A DNA stretch of 64,000 nucleotides from Desulfatiglandales bacterium (lineage in GTDB: Bacteria > Desulfobacterota > DSM-4660 > Desulfatiglandales > HGW-15). Shown one piece after another: positions 45,785 through 54,864 of this stretch. Position 1 is the stretch's first letter, and each line of letters begins with the position of its first letter. The position numbers and the translations under genes are program-made. The notes below the pieces were generated by a model that did not search any database, was not told the DNA's origin, and was given only the letters and a program-made list of their open reading frames with translations. Where the stretch lies: positions 416,001 to 480,000 of the forward strand of contig CAXXJJ010000004.1 of the NCBI GenBank assembly GCA_963667015.2. Direction: 5' to 3'.

Positions 45785-46678
45785 TCAAAAAGGTGGCGGT
45801 TCTTTATCATGTGATTGTGCAATATCCCTCAAGTAAATAATTGACGCTGCTACAACTGTGAGTGCCCATTCTGCAACCGCGGCTGTAACACTTCCACCTG
45901 TCGCTCCGCCATGAGCTACCCCATGACCAGCGCCTCTAAAATGATATGGTGACAGTAAGCCTTTTATAATTGTTGGAGGAATTGATTCACCATTAACATC
46001 TCTGATACCTTGTATGATTTTTTCAAAATCCTTTTGCTTTGTTGAAAAAAGATGTTTAGTCGCAGATTCCATAGCAGAAACAGCTTCTTTTATTGCATTC
46101 GGAAAATCTGGTTCTGGTGCCTTTTCAAAAAACATTTTTGCTTTCATAAAATGTTGACGAGCATCGCTCAAAATAGGATCTTGAAGCACCCGATAAGCTT
46201 TAGAACTGATTTTTTGGGAATGAAACCGACCTGGTCTATAAAATTCACCATCTTTCATTCTGTAAACAATTGATTCTTCCCCAAGAAGTTGGTTGATATC
46301 TCCTTCGAAATCCTTACGTACTTCCTCTAAAGGATATACCGACTCTGGATTCCTGTTAAAATCGTATTCAATTTCCTCAGTCAGCATTCTTTCATATACT
46401 CGTTCACAAAATATGTATACCTTAGTCCATTCTAATTGGTGAAGAATATTATAGGAAAGGTCAGATGCTTCATCATTTTCGTAGGATTTTTTTACCCTAT
46501 AAAGTCTAAGCAATTCTTCGGCGATTCTATTCCATCCTTCAGATCGGTTGAGCTCTATAGTTCGTTTTAGTACAAACCATAAAGCAGTTCTTGCTGACTC
46601 GGGAAAATCCGAATCAACCAGTGGTTTATTTTCAATACCGAACCTGCTCGGAAAGAGGACCTTATCAGTATCATTCAT
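45785..46678 (-). CDS. AbiJ-NTD-like protein with HEPN-like C-terminus (putative anti-phage)
   Basis: FPSRFG...ARTALW, W.KVYIFCE, INQLLGEESIVYR, NAIKEAVSAMES and R-x6-H (RGAGHGVAH). Confidence 0.65.
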   Translation of the reverse strand: MNDTDKVLFPSRFGIENKPLVDSDFPESARTALWFVLKRTIELNRSEGWNRIAEELLRLYRVKKSYENDEASDLSYNILHQLEWTKVYIFCERVYERMLTEEIEYDFNRNPESVYPLEEVRKDFEGDINQLLGEESIVYRMKDGEFYRPGRFHSQKISSKAYRVLQDPILSDARQHFMKAKMFFEKAPEPDFPNAIKEAVSAMESATKHLFSTKQKDFEKIIQGIRDVNGESIPPTIIKGLLSPYHFRGAGHGVAHGGATGGSVTAAVAEWALTVVAASIIYLRDIAQSHDKEPPPF

Positions 46679-47064
46679 ATTCAGTATTCCACTTTACGTT
46701 TTTTGTTAATCAAAAGAGCTATTTTAGAGTAATGGCAAATTTTCCGATATTGCGGATGGTCAATTTCATTATCAATAATTTAACTACTTAATAATCCGAA
46801 GAAATAAGTTTATATTTCAGATATTGAACTTCAATAAAATGGAAAAACCGCTTTTTTCGAAAACAATTAAAAAAAGTAATGAGAAAAATATTTCATGAAA
46901 TGAATCGTTCAATTTTTAATCATACCCTGTTTATTTTGTCAAAAAGAATATAATGCATGCATTGTTTAAACTGAGTATTGACAATCCATGCAATTTTATC
47001 AATTATCGAAAAATCTGGAGGGGCTTCAGATGTTCTTTTTTTACCCAATATAAAATGTATTAGT

Positions 47065-47158
47065 TGTCATCCCGACATTGGGGAAAAATCTTTATTTTTT
47101 AAAGCAAGATCTCTCCTGCAATTTATCCCGCAGCCATTTAGCGGGAGTCGAAATGACA
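47065..47158. repeat. degenerate TGTCAT...ATGACA palindromic repeat element
   Basis: TGTCATCCCGAC...GTCGAAATGACA termini with internal hairpin. Confidence 0.55.
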
Positions 47159-47225
47159 TTTAACTTATCCGGTTCAAAGAAATTATATTTTTAGTCACTT
47201 AACATTTATAAAGAGGAGGAGAGTT

Positions 47226-48218
47226 ATGCGGAAAAGATTTATGGTTATTGCTGTTGTCCTGTTTCTATTGCCCGGTGTTTTTGCATCAGGTGCTGAAAAG
47301 AAGGTTTATGACAGGGCTGCTCTTGAGGGCTATATAGATAAATATCTTGATGCCATGAAGGATAACAACCCCAGCCTGGACCTTTTTACCAGGGACTGCA
47401 AATTTACAGAAAACGGCATCCAGCTGCCATTGGGCGGCGAAGGCCTGTGGTACAGCATGGCAGACAGGGCAAATTACAGTTTTTATGTTCCTGATATCGA
47501 AACCCGTCAGGTTGCCTTTATAGGCACAGTCAAGGAGCAGGGGCGTCCTTCCAGGAATGGACAGCCTGCAAAGGATATCATTGTTGCGGTTGCAATCAGG
47601 TTAAAGATTGATGATAACGGCAAGATCTGTGAGGCTGAACAGCTTGCTATACGCCCTGAGACAAGCCTGTTTGAAGTAGAAAAGGACCCGGCTCCCTCCA
47701 CCGGCGATAAAGTTGAAGCGATGGGCAAACCTCACCCGGTTTTCTTTGAAGTAATTCCTGAAAACGAACGCATGTCACGTGAAGAGCTTGTAGAGGTGGG
47801 AAACTACTATTTTGAGGGTCTCCAAAGGAATGATGGCAAGGGATACTACCCTTTTACTGACGACTGTGTCCGCTTTGAGAATGGTAATGATGTACTGCTG
47901 CAAACCAACCCCGCAACAGGTGAAAAGACGCGCATGACATGCAAAAAACAATTTGAGGAATCGTTAAGGGGCATTGTTACACGCATCCGTGACCGCAGAT
48001 TTGTGGCAGTTGACCGGGAACGAGGTATTGTTTTTGCCTTCGGCTTTTTTGACCATTTGTCGATCAACTGGACATGGCAGCTTGCCGAACTGTTCAAGGT
48101 TGAGAAAGGCAATATCAGCCGCATTGAAGCAATATTTTTAAGGGGCGCATATGGAATAAATTCCGGATGGAGCACCTATCAGCAGGGTATGTCTGAGGAG
48201 GCTCAGAGTATAAGATAG
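47226..48218 (+). CDS. exported hypothetical protein with internal duplication (NTF2/SnoaL-like halves)
   Basis: Signal peptide; FTRDCKFTENG and FTDDCVRFENG; strong SD. Confidence 0.7.
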   Translation: MRKRFMVIAVVLFLLPGVFASGAEKKVYDRAALEGYIDKYLDAMKDNNPSLDLFTRDCKFTENGIQLPLGGEGLWYSMADRANYSFYVPDIETRQVAFIGTVKEQGRPSRNGQPAKDIIVAVAIRLKIDDNGKICEAEQLAIRPETSLFEVEKDPAPSTGDKVEAMGKPHPVFFEVIPENERMSREELVEVGNYYFEGLQRNDGKGYYPFTDDCVRFENGNDVLLQTNPATGEKTRMTCKKQFEESLRGIVTRIRDRRFVAVDRERGIVFAFGFFDHLSINWTWQLAELFKVEKGNISRIEAIFLRGAYGINSGWSTYQQGMSEEAQSIR

Positions 48219-48219
48219 C

Positions 48220-48247
48220 AGCTTTAAGCGATCAGCATTCAGCCTGT
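48220..48247 (+). repeat. 7-mer array (AGCNNNN)
   Basis: AGCTTTA AGCGATC AGCATTC AGCCTGT directly after the stop codon. Confidence 0.5.
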
Positions 48248-48271
48248 AATGAATGTGAATTTCGATTTTGC

Positions 48272-48348
48272 CGTCATGCCCGTGAAAACGGGCATCCATT
48301 TTAGATATTTATAAATTTAACTGGGTTCCCTCCTCCGCGGGAATGACG
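48272..48348. repeat. CGTC-family REP doublet
   Basis: CGTCATGCCCGTGAAAACGGGCATCCA plus inverted TGGGTTCCCTCCTCCGCGGGAATGACG. Confidence 0.8.
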
Positions 48349-48354
48349 AAAAAC

Positions 48355-48385
48355 AAAAAAAAGCCACTTCGATTGAAGTGGCTTT
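48355..48385 (-). terminator. intrinsic terminator after tRNA-Val
   Basis: Minus strand AAAGCCACTTC-AATC-GAAGTGGCTTT followed by a T run. Confidence 0.85.
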
Positions 48386-48395
48386 AATATTTTAA

Positions 48396-48470
48396 TGGTA
48401 GGCACGGTCGGGCTTGAACCGACGACCCCTACCGTGTCGAGGTAGTGCTCTCCCACTGAGCTACGCGCCT
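48396..48470 (-). tRNA. tRNA-Val(GAC)
   Basis: AGGCGCGTAGCTCAGTGGGAGAGCACTACCTC-GAC-ACGGTAGGGGTCGTCGGTTCAAGCCCGACCGTGCCTACCA; cloverleaf with encoded CCA. Confidence 0.97.
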
Positions 48471-48481
48471 GGAATTTGGGG

Positions 48482-48511
48482 ATAATAAACAATCTACTGT
48501 TCATATGTCAA
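48482..48511 (-). promoter_or_regulatory. sigma-70 promoter of tRNA-Val
   Basis: TTGACA-N18-TATTAT. Confidence 0.6.
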
Positions 48512-48552
48512 GGAGATTTGTGGGGGAAATTATCTGATTTATTTCAAAAACC

Positions 48553-48647
48553 GGGCGAACACATAGGTTCGCCCCTACAGCCTGTTAAATATTACTCTGT
48601 TAATTATGTCATGTAAAAATTGTAGGGGCAGACCTGCGTGTCTGCTC
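48553..48647. repeat. two GTAG-family REPs (divergent)
   Basis: GGGCGAACACATAGGTTCGCCCCTAC (48553-48578) and GTAGGGGCAGACCTGCGTGTCTGCTC (48622-48647). Confidence 0.8.
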
Positions 48648-48815
48648 GGTGGTGGACAGGTGGATATGGAGGAATATAAATTTTAACCCCAATTATTCAA
48701 GTTCCCTTACCTCCTAATTTGCAATTTGAATTTCACCCCTTTAACTGATATATTCCTTCTTACTTTTAGATCAAATAAATGTCGTACCCTTAACTTAAAA
48801 CCCCGGGAGGACAGT

Positions 48816-50183
48816 ATGAAAGAAAATAAAAAAGAAAAAAAAGGTCGGGTATCCAGACGTGAATTTATGGGAATTAGCGGCGCTGCTATTGCCGGCGCGT
48901 CCATAGCCCCGGTTTCATTTGCTGCGGCTGAAACAAAAAAGGATATAAAGATCAAACAGACCAGGGTGCTGGGCAGGACCGGATTTGCTGTTTCCGATAT
49001 TGGAATGGGGTGCGCATCCCTGAAGGAAGGAAATCTTGTCAGGTACGCCTATGACAGGGGGCTTAATTACTTTGATACGGCAGAAAATTATGGACGCGGC
49101 GCCTCTGAATCCGCAATCGGCAAGGCCATGCCCCACATGGACAGAAAAAAGATATTTGTAACAACCAAACTGGATCTCAAGATGGATGACACGGACCAGG
49201 CGCTTATTGAGAGATTCTCAAAATGCCTTGCAAGGCTGAATACCGATTATATTGATGCACTCCTGATTGCAGGCGCCACGACAGTGGCCCAGGTAAAAAG
49301 TGAGGCCTTTCATTCGGCAGTAAAAAAACTGAAGGCCGACGGCAGATTAAAACATGCAGGTGTTGCATGTCATGGGCCCAGAGGAATGGGCGAAGACTCT
49401 ATGGAAAAGGTGATTGTGACTGCAGCCGAAGACGGCAGGTTCGATATAATGCTCTTTGTCTATAACTTCCTTAAAAAGGAAGAGGGTGAAAATATCCTGG
49501 CCGCATGTAAAAAATACAATATAGGTACAACCGCAATGAAGGTTGCACCCGGTAAATTAAAGGATGTTCCCGACTTTAACCCGGAAAACCCGACCCCGGA
49601 TCAGGAAGAGCGATTAAAAATGATGGAAGGGTTCGGTATGGACCGCAAGGCTGCAATTGCACAGGTAAAAAGTATGGTGGAAGGCGATAAAGCAGCACGC
49701 GAGCAGACAAAACCATTTGTTGCAAAGTATGGCCTTAAGTCAGAAGATCAGCTATGGGAAGCAAGCATTAAATGGGTACGCCAGAACAGCGACATGCATA
49801 CAGTATGTATAACCATGGCCGATTTTGACAAGGCAGATAAATCTATTGCCCTTTCGGGTGAAAAACTTACCACCATGCAGGCGGCAATGCTTAAAGACTT
49901 CAGCCGCAAACTGGGCCGATCATACTGCCGCCACGCATGTAAGGAGTGTGCCGGTTCATGTGAACACGGCGTGCCGGTAAGTACCATCATGAGGTATTCA
50001 TATTACTATGAGCAGGGTTACGAGAAACTGGCCATGGAGAAATATGCCTCGCTCAGGGACAGGAACGAAAACAATGCCGCGCCATGCGCCGGATGTGACG
50101 CCCCCTGTGAAGGAAGCTGTCCATACGGCGTTATGGCAAGGAATAATCTGCTTAATGCCCATTCAATGCTTACAATGGCTTAA
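48816..50183 (+). CDS. Tat-exported aldo/keto reductase with C-terminal 4Fe-4S domain
   Basis: SRREFM twin-arginine signal; LGRTG, YFDTAENY, FVTTK; CRHACKEC and CAGCDAPCEGSCP; GGAGG before ATG 48816. Confidence 0.88.
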   Translation: MKENKKEKKGRVSRREFMGISGAAIAGASIAPVSFAAAETKKDIKIKQTRVLGRTGFAVSDIGMGCASLKEGNLVRYAYDRGLNYFDTAENYGRGASESAIGKAMPHMDRKKIFVTTKLDLKMDDTDQALIERFSKCLARLNTDYIDALLIAGATTVAQVKSEAFHSAVKKLKADGRLKHAGVACHGPRGMGEDSMEKVIVTAAEDGRFDIMLFVYNFLKKEEGENILAACKKYNIGTTAMKVAPGKLKDVPDFNPENPTPDQEERLKMMEGFGMDRKAAIAQVKSMVEGDKAAREQTKPFVAKYGLKSEDQLWEASIKWVRQNSDMHTVCITMADFDKADKSIALSGEKLTTMQAAMLKDFSRKLGRSYCRHACKECAGSCEHGVPVSTIMRYSYYYEQGYEKLAMEKYASLRDRNENNAAPCAGCDAPCEGSCPYGVMARNNLLNAHSMLTMA

Positions 50184-50201
50184 TTAACTGATGGATTTGA
50201 T

Positions 50202-51023
50202 ATGAAAAAACTATTTTTATTCTTACTTTTCTTTTTAACCTGTTCAACCGGTCTCTATGGAGAGGAGTTCCCACAGATAAAAGGATGGACTGCCCATGGA
50301 GAGGTAACCACCTACAAGATCGCCAATTTATGGGAGTATATAGATGGCGCTGCCAATCTGTACCTGGCATATGATTTTAAACTGTTGAAACTGCGGGAAT
50401 TTCAAAAAGGTGAAACCATTTTAACCGTGGAAATCTATGATATGGGAAGCCCGGTAAATGCCTTTGGAATATACTCAAGCGAGCGTTCGGATGATGCTGT
50501 GCTGCTTAAAATAGGAACCGAGGCAGCGGTAATTCCTCCATATTATGCCCTGATGTTAAAAGACAGGTTTTATGTAAAGGTTGTGATACAGCAGGGAGAG
50601 CTTGACAGGGAAATAAGCGAGGGCATTTTAAAGGATGTTGCGGCCTTTGTTCCGGGGAATACCGATTTTCCGGCTGAATTAAAACTGTTACCCGAAAAGG
50701 ACAGAATCCCGGGATCCATAAAATATATATCTGAAGGGTATATGGGGTTAAGCGAAATCAATAACCTTTTGTTTGCGGATTACAGGGACTCCAGCGGGAA
50801 TGAGTTTAGATCCTTTGTTATGATTTTACCTGATAAGAAACAGGTTGAAGAGACATGGAATAAGCTTACAGGAAAATGGCAGTCCGAAACAGCCAAAGGC
50901 CGTACAGTATTATATCGTGAAGTGCCCTATGAAGGCCTGATAGGGGTCATTAAAGTGAATGATGTGATAAAAGGTGTCTCCGGTGTGGAGGATAAAGGGG
51001 CTTTGTTAAAGATCTTACAATGA
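50202..51023 (+). CDS. exported DUF6599-like protein
   Basis: Signal peptide; LWEYIDGAA; VEIYDMGSPVNAFGIYS. Confidence 0.7.
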   Translation: MKKLFLFLLFFLTCSTGLYGEEFPQIKGWTAHGEVTTYKIANLWEYIDGAANLYLAYDFKLLKLREFQKGETILTVEIYDMGSPVNAFGIYSSERSDDAVLLKIGTEAAVIPPYYALMLKDRFYVKVVIQQGELDREISEGILKDVAAFVPGNTDFPAELKLLPEKDRIPGSIKYISEGYMGLSEINNLLFADYRDSSGNEFRSFVMILPDKKQVEETWNKLTGKWQSETAKGRTVLYREVPYEGLIGVIKVNDVIKGVSGVEDKGALLKILQ

Positions 51024-51679
51024 GATACAAAGCTGCAATATTTGATATGGACGGGCTGCTTCTTGATACAGAGAGCATGTTCCTGGCCGCCTTTATAAAA
51101 ACATGTGAACAGCTCAGGCTGGATTTTGACATGTCTTTGTTTAAAAGGATTATCGGCACAAACTCGGTTAAAACCAGAGAAATCCTGATCAGGGGATTTG
51201 GCGAATATTTTGATTATGATGCATTCAGAGCTCAATGGGTTCAGAATGTGAGAGATGATATTTATAAAAATTCTATCCCTGTAAAAGAGGGGGCGGTTAA
51301 TATACTTAAAAAAATTAAAACCATTCCGCTTACCATGTCAATTGCCACATCAACCGCTTACAGCGATGCGGTAAAATCCCTGGAATTGACGGATATTATC
51401 CATTACTTTGATTTTGTTGTGGCAGGAGACCAGGTGACAAAGGGTAAACCCGATCCTGAAATATATCTAAAGGCCGCGGAGAGACTGGGCGTTAACCCGG
51501 ATGAATGTATAGTATTTGAAGATTCTGAAAATGGTGTGAAATCAGCTCATGCAGCAGGTATGGATGTGATACAGGTTCCTGACTTTTTAGAGCCTTCGGA
51601 CGAACTAAGGAGTTTGGGACACAGGATTTATAATTCTCTGGATGATGTTTGCAGGGATTTTGATACTATTTTTATGTAA
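51020..51679 (+). CDS. HAD-superfamily phosphatase
   Basis: FDMDGLLLDTE, KPDPEIY and FEDSENG motifs. Confidence 0.93.
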   Translation: MRYKAAIFDMDGLLLDTESMFLAAFIKTCEQLRLDFDMSLFKRIIGTNSVKTREILIRGFGEYFDYDAFRAQWVQNVRDDIYKNSIPVKEGAVNILKKIKTIPLTMSIATSTAYSDAVKSLELTDIIHYFDFVVAGDQVTKGKPDPEIYLKAAERLGVNPDECIVFEDSENGVKSAHAAGMDVIQVPDFLEPSDELRSLGHRIYNSLDDVCRDFDTIFM

Positions 51680-51706
51680 AGATTATCTCTCGCCCGTTTC
51701 CTTCGG

Positions 51707-51733
51707 TCACTAGAGCCCGCAGAGAACGCAGAG
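51707..51733 (+). repeat. solo CAGAG 9-mer array related to the GxxExxY-cassette arm
   Basis: TCACTAGAG CCCGCAGAG AACGCAGAG. Confidence 0.5.
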
Positions 51734-51768
51734 AAAAGCTATTTGTTTTTGTTTTCAAATACATAAAA

Positions 51769-51899
51769 TGGATCCCCGCCTTCGCGGGGATGACGATTAA
51801 ACCGACATACCTGCTTGATTATCTTAAGGCAACAGTATTAGGTGTAAAACCCCGCCTTACGTTTTATGTTTTTCGTAGGGTGGCATTTTATATGCCACC
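51769..51899. repeat. REP cluster between convergent HAD and rnfB
   Basis: TGGATCCCCGCCTTCGCGGGGATGACG (51769-51795); GGTGTAAAACCCCGCCTTAC (51841-51860); GTAGGGTGGCATTTTATATGCCACC (51875-51899). Confidence 0.75.
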
Positions 51900-51955
51900 A
51901 AAGTAATGGTTTGGGATCAATTTACTGCACTTTAAAATTAGGCTGCTGTCTACAG

Positions 51956-52768
51956 CTACACATCCAGAAACTTAATACATTTTGTCGGACATTTTTCAAC
52001 AGCTTTTAAAACATCCTCATTTATTTCTGGCTTATAAGCACCTGAATCACAGCGTGAAAGATTACCTTCCACCGTGAAGATATCAGACAGCTTTGTACAG
52101 GCCTTGCATGCAATACACGATGTTTTGCATACAGCCCTTGATTCTTTGCCCGAATCCTGATTTGAGCAGGCAACAGCGGGGACACTGCTTACAGGAAAGG
52201 GTACTATCTCGATGATTCCCCTCGGGCAAACACGTGAACAGGCTCCGCATCCGATACATTTTTTGTAGTCGACTGTGGCAAGTCCATCAACTACTTGTAT
52301 GGCATCGTAATTACATGCCTGTACACAGTCTCCAAATCCAAGGCATCCATATGCACACCCGAAGACTCCTGCAACCTGGTTAGCCGCAGCACATCTTTTT
52401 TCACCTCTGTAGTCGGTTTTAACTATTCTGTCAGCAGAGTGGGAGCCGCAGTGAACTACGGCATATTTTTTAACAATCTCACCTGCTTCAACACCCATAA
52501 TCGAAGCAATTTGGGCTGCACATGATGCACCTCCAACCGAACAACTGGTGATAGGCGCATCTTCGGTGACTATTGCGGCAGCATAGTCTGCACATCCCAT
52601 GTAACCGCATCCGCCGCAGTTGGCTCCGGGGAGAGCCTCAGTTACTTCTTCAATTTTAGGGTCAACCTCAACCCTGAATTTAATATTAGCCCAGCCCAGT
52701 ATCCAGGAGACAACTATGGCAAGCAGGAACAGGGTGGAGGCTGCTATGGCAATGGTAATCAGGGTCAT
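51956..52768 (-). CDS. rnfB: Rnf complex subunit B
   Basis: [30 protein letters not shown]. Confidence 0.95.
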   Translation of the reverse strand: MTLITIAIAASTLFLLAIVVSWILGWANIKFRVEVDPKIEEVTEALPGANCGGCGYMGCADYAAAIVTEDAPITSCSVGGASCAAQIASIMGVEAGEIVKKYAVVHCGSHSADRIVKTDYRGEKRCAAANQVAGVFGCAYGCLGFGDCVQACNYDAIQVVDGLATVDYKKCIGCGACSRVCPRGIIEIVPFPVSSVPAVACSNQDSGKESRAVCKTSCIACKACTKLSDIFTVEGNLSRCDSGAYKPEINEDVLKAVEKCPTKCIKFLDV

Positions 52769-53571
52769 TTTTCTATACCTTCATTTATTCTGATTTTATT
52801 TAATTCAAGCTCTGCAACCATGAGAGAATTTTCTTTTGTTTCGATATGTTGGCTTACTTCTGTTTTGTCAGGAGAAGACTTCACGGCCTTTCTTATTCCG
52901 GATTCTACACCTGCAAACCCCATAAAAGACACAGCAAGAATACCGCCTATTATTAAGGTAATGGCAGCTCCCTGAAATGGTTTTGGTATGTCACAAAGCT
53001 CGAGTTCTTCTCTTATTCCTGCCATGATCGAGATAGCAATGGTAAAACCAACTCCTCCAAAAATACCGAGTGTAAGAGCTCTTCCAAGATCCCAGACATT
53101 ATTTGGATTATCAACACCAACGATATGGCTCATTATTGCCAGACATCCGTACAGGATCGCACAGTTAGTTGTAATGAGAGGAAGAAATACTCCGAAGGAC
53201 TTATAAAGCGGAGGGTAAAACTTCTTTACATACATCTCAACAAACTGTACTGAAGCGGCAATTGAAAATATGTATACTATGTAGCAGAGTATTGTCAGGT
53301 CAACAGTGGCGGCCTCTGCCTCAGGAACAAAAAAACCTGCTATAAATGATGCAAGAGGAGCCCCGGGCATTAATACAAAAGTGGTTATGGCCCAGCTCAA
53401 CAGGGAGGCAATGGTAATAACAAATGTAACCGCACACCCCATTCCAAAGGCCATTCCCACATTTTTCGATACTCCTACAAAAGGGCATATACCCACAAAA
53501 TTAATAAGTACGAAATTATTTATGAGAGCCGCGCTCAGGGCTATCATTAATACGTCAAATAGATATTCCAT
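52765..53571 (-). CDS. rnfA: Rnf complex subunit A
   Basis: [22 protein letters not shown]. Confidence 0.93.
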   Translation of the reverse strand: MEYLFDVLMIALSAALINNFVLINFVGICPFVGVSKNVGMAFGMGCAVTFVITIASLLSWAITTFVLMPGAPLASFIAGFFVPEAEAATVDLTILCYIVYIFSIAASVQFVEMYVKKFYPPLYKSFGVFLPLITTNCAILYGCLAIMSHIVGVDNPNNVWDLGRALTLGIFGGVGFTIAISIMAGIREELELCDIPKPFQGAAITLIIGGILAVSFMGFAGVESGIRKAVKSSPDKTEVSQHIETKENSLMVAELELNKIRINEGIEK

Positions 53572-53598
53572 TAAATTACCTGTAGCTATTTTTAATGT

Positions 53599-54222
53599 TT
53601 AACTGTTTTTATTCTTGCCGGCTTTTTTCATATCCAGCCAGTTCACAAAACCGAGCAGTAATCCCAGAGTAATAAATGCGCCAGGAGGCAAAACCATTAT
53701 TACCCAGTCAGGCCAGGCCGCAGGAAGTATTGCAACTCCGAACAGGCCTCCTGTACCGAGGAGCTCCCTTATGGCTGCAACACTGGCAAGAGCCAGCCCA
53801 AATCCAAGTGACTGACCGATTGCATCTGATGCTGCAACAAAAACATTCTGTTTTGAGGCACATACCTCACACCGGCAGATAATAAGGCAGTTTACTATTA
53901 TTAAGGGAATATAAGGGCCCAGGGTTTTGCTCATCTGATACATATATGCTGCCAGAAGCTTATCTGCAATTGTAACAAAGGTAGCAATAGTAAGAGTAAA
54001 TACCACTATCCTGAGATGCGGCTTCAGAAGGTTCCTTATCAGGCTTATTACTATGTTAGCGCCAAGGAGAACAAAAGCGACAGCACAGGCCATGGTTATG
54101 GCTGATTTCATGCCGTTTGTTACCGCAAGGGTAGGGCATAGCCCTAACAGTTGTCTGTACACCGGATTTTCCGGTAATATTCCGTTTATAAACCTTTCAA
54201 TGGCAGTAGGTTGGTCAGCCAT
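53599..54222 (-). CDS. rnfE: Rnf complex subunit E
   Basis: ENPV..QLLGLCPTLAVT; PLIIVNC; LPPGAF. Confidence 0.95.
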   Translation of the reverse strand: MADQPTAIERFINGILPENPVYRQLLGLCPTLAVTNGMKSAITMACAVAFVLLGANIVISLIRNLLKPHLRIVVFTLTIATFVTIADKLLAAYMYQMSKTLGPYIPLIIVNCLIICRCEVCASKQNVFVAASDAIGQSLGFGLALASVAAIRELLGTGGLFGVAILPAAWPDWVIMVLPPGAFITLGLLLGFVNWLDMKKAGKNKNS

Positions 54223-54863
54223 CAGTTATTCTCCATATTATTCCCTGATTCAGGGAGTATTATTTTTGTTTTTAAATCGGCTATTGTGCTGTTAACTATG
54301 TCCGTCACCGCCCTTGATGATATTGTTGCACCTGATACTGAATCTATTTCATTATCATTTACTGATTTACCTTTTATAACAACAAGGGATGAATCTGAAG
54401 ATTTGCCCACATACTGGTTCCGCCAGGCATCTTCGACTATCTTATTGCCCAGACCCGGTGTCTCCTTCTGGTCGAGTATGAACAATCCGGTTATGGTTTT
54501 TCCATCAGGATCAAGACCAAGAAGAAGTTCAATCTTATCGGCATATCCCTGTCCTGTTGCCTTTACCACATGACCTGCTACAGTGCCGGTCTTGTCCAGT
54601 GCGTCATATACTGTATAGGATTTGGTTATACCGTTCTTATCAATATTTAAAATCCGCTTACTGATATCAAAAGAATCGGCATTTGCTGTTGAATCCTCTC
54701 CTGACACAAGAACAGGTATCTTTTCCATGGTTTCTCTGGTTTTATTTTCCTCGATTACAGGGCTCAAATTCAGGTGGACCGCTGCAAGAGAAACACTGAA
54801 GACAATTGAAAGTAATAATACGAGCCATGCCTGGCCCAGGTTGCTGTTTTTTATTGATCCCAT
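54222..54863 (-). CDS. rnfG: Rnf complex subunit G
   Basis: ETPGLG; DSVSGATISS FMN-attachment motif. Confidence 0.93.
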   Translation of the reverse strand: MGSIKNSNLGQAWLVLLLSIVFSVSLAAVHLNLSPVIEENKTRETMEKIPVLVSGEDSTANADSFDISKRILNIDKNGITKSYTVYDALDKTGTVAGHVVKATGQGYADKIELLLGLDPDGKTITGLFILDQKETPGLGNKIVEDAWRNQYVGKSSDSSLVVIKGKSVNDNEIDSVSGATISSRAVTDIVNSTIADLKTKIILPESGNNMENN

Positions 54864-54864
54864 A

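Noticed and set aside
43900..48396. tRNA-Val-integrated island or prophage
   Set aside because: No integrase, and I found no duplicated tRNA 3' end
48301..48504. 67-aa minus-strand ORF
   Set aside because: Overlaps tRNA-Val and REP sequences
48272..48647. Possible CRISPR array
   Set aside because: The repeats are non-identical palindromes without regular spacers; no cas genes
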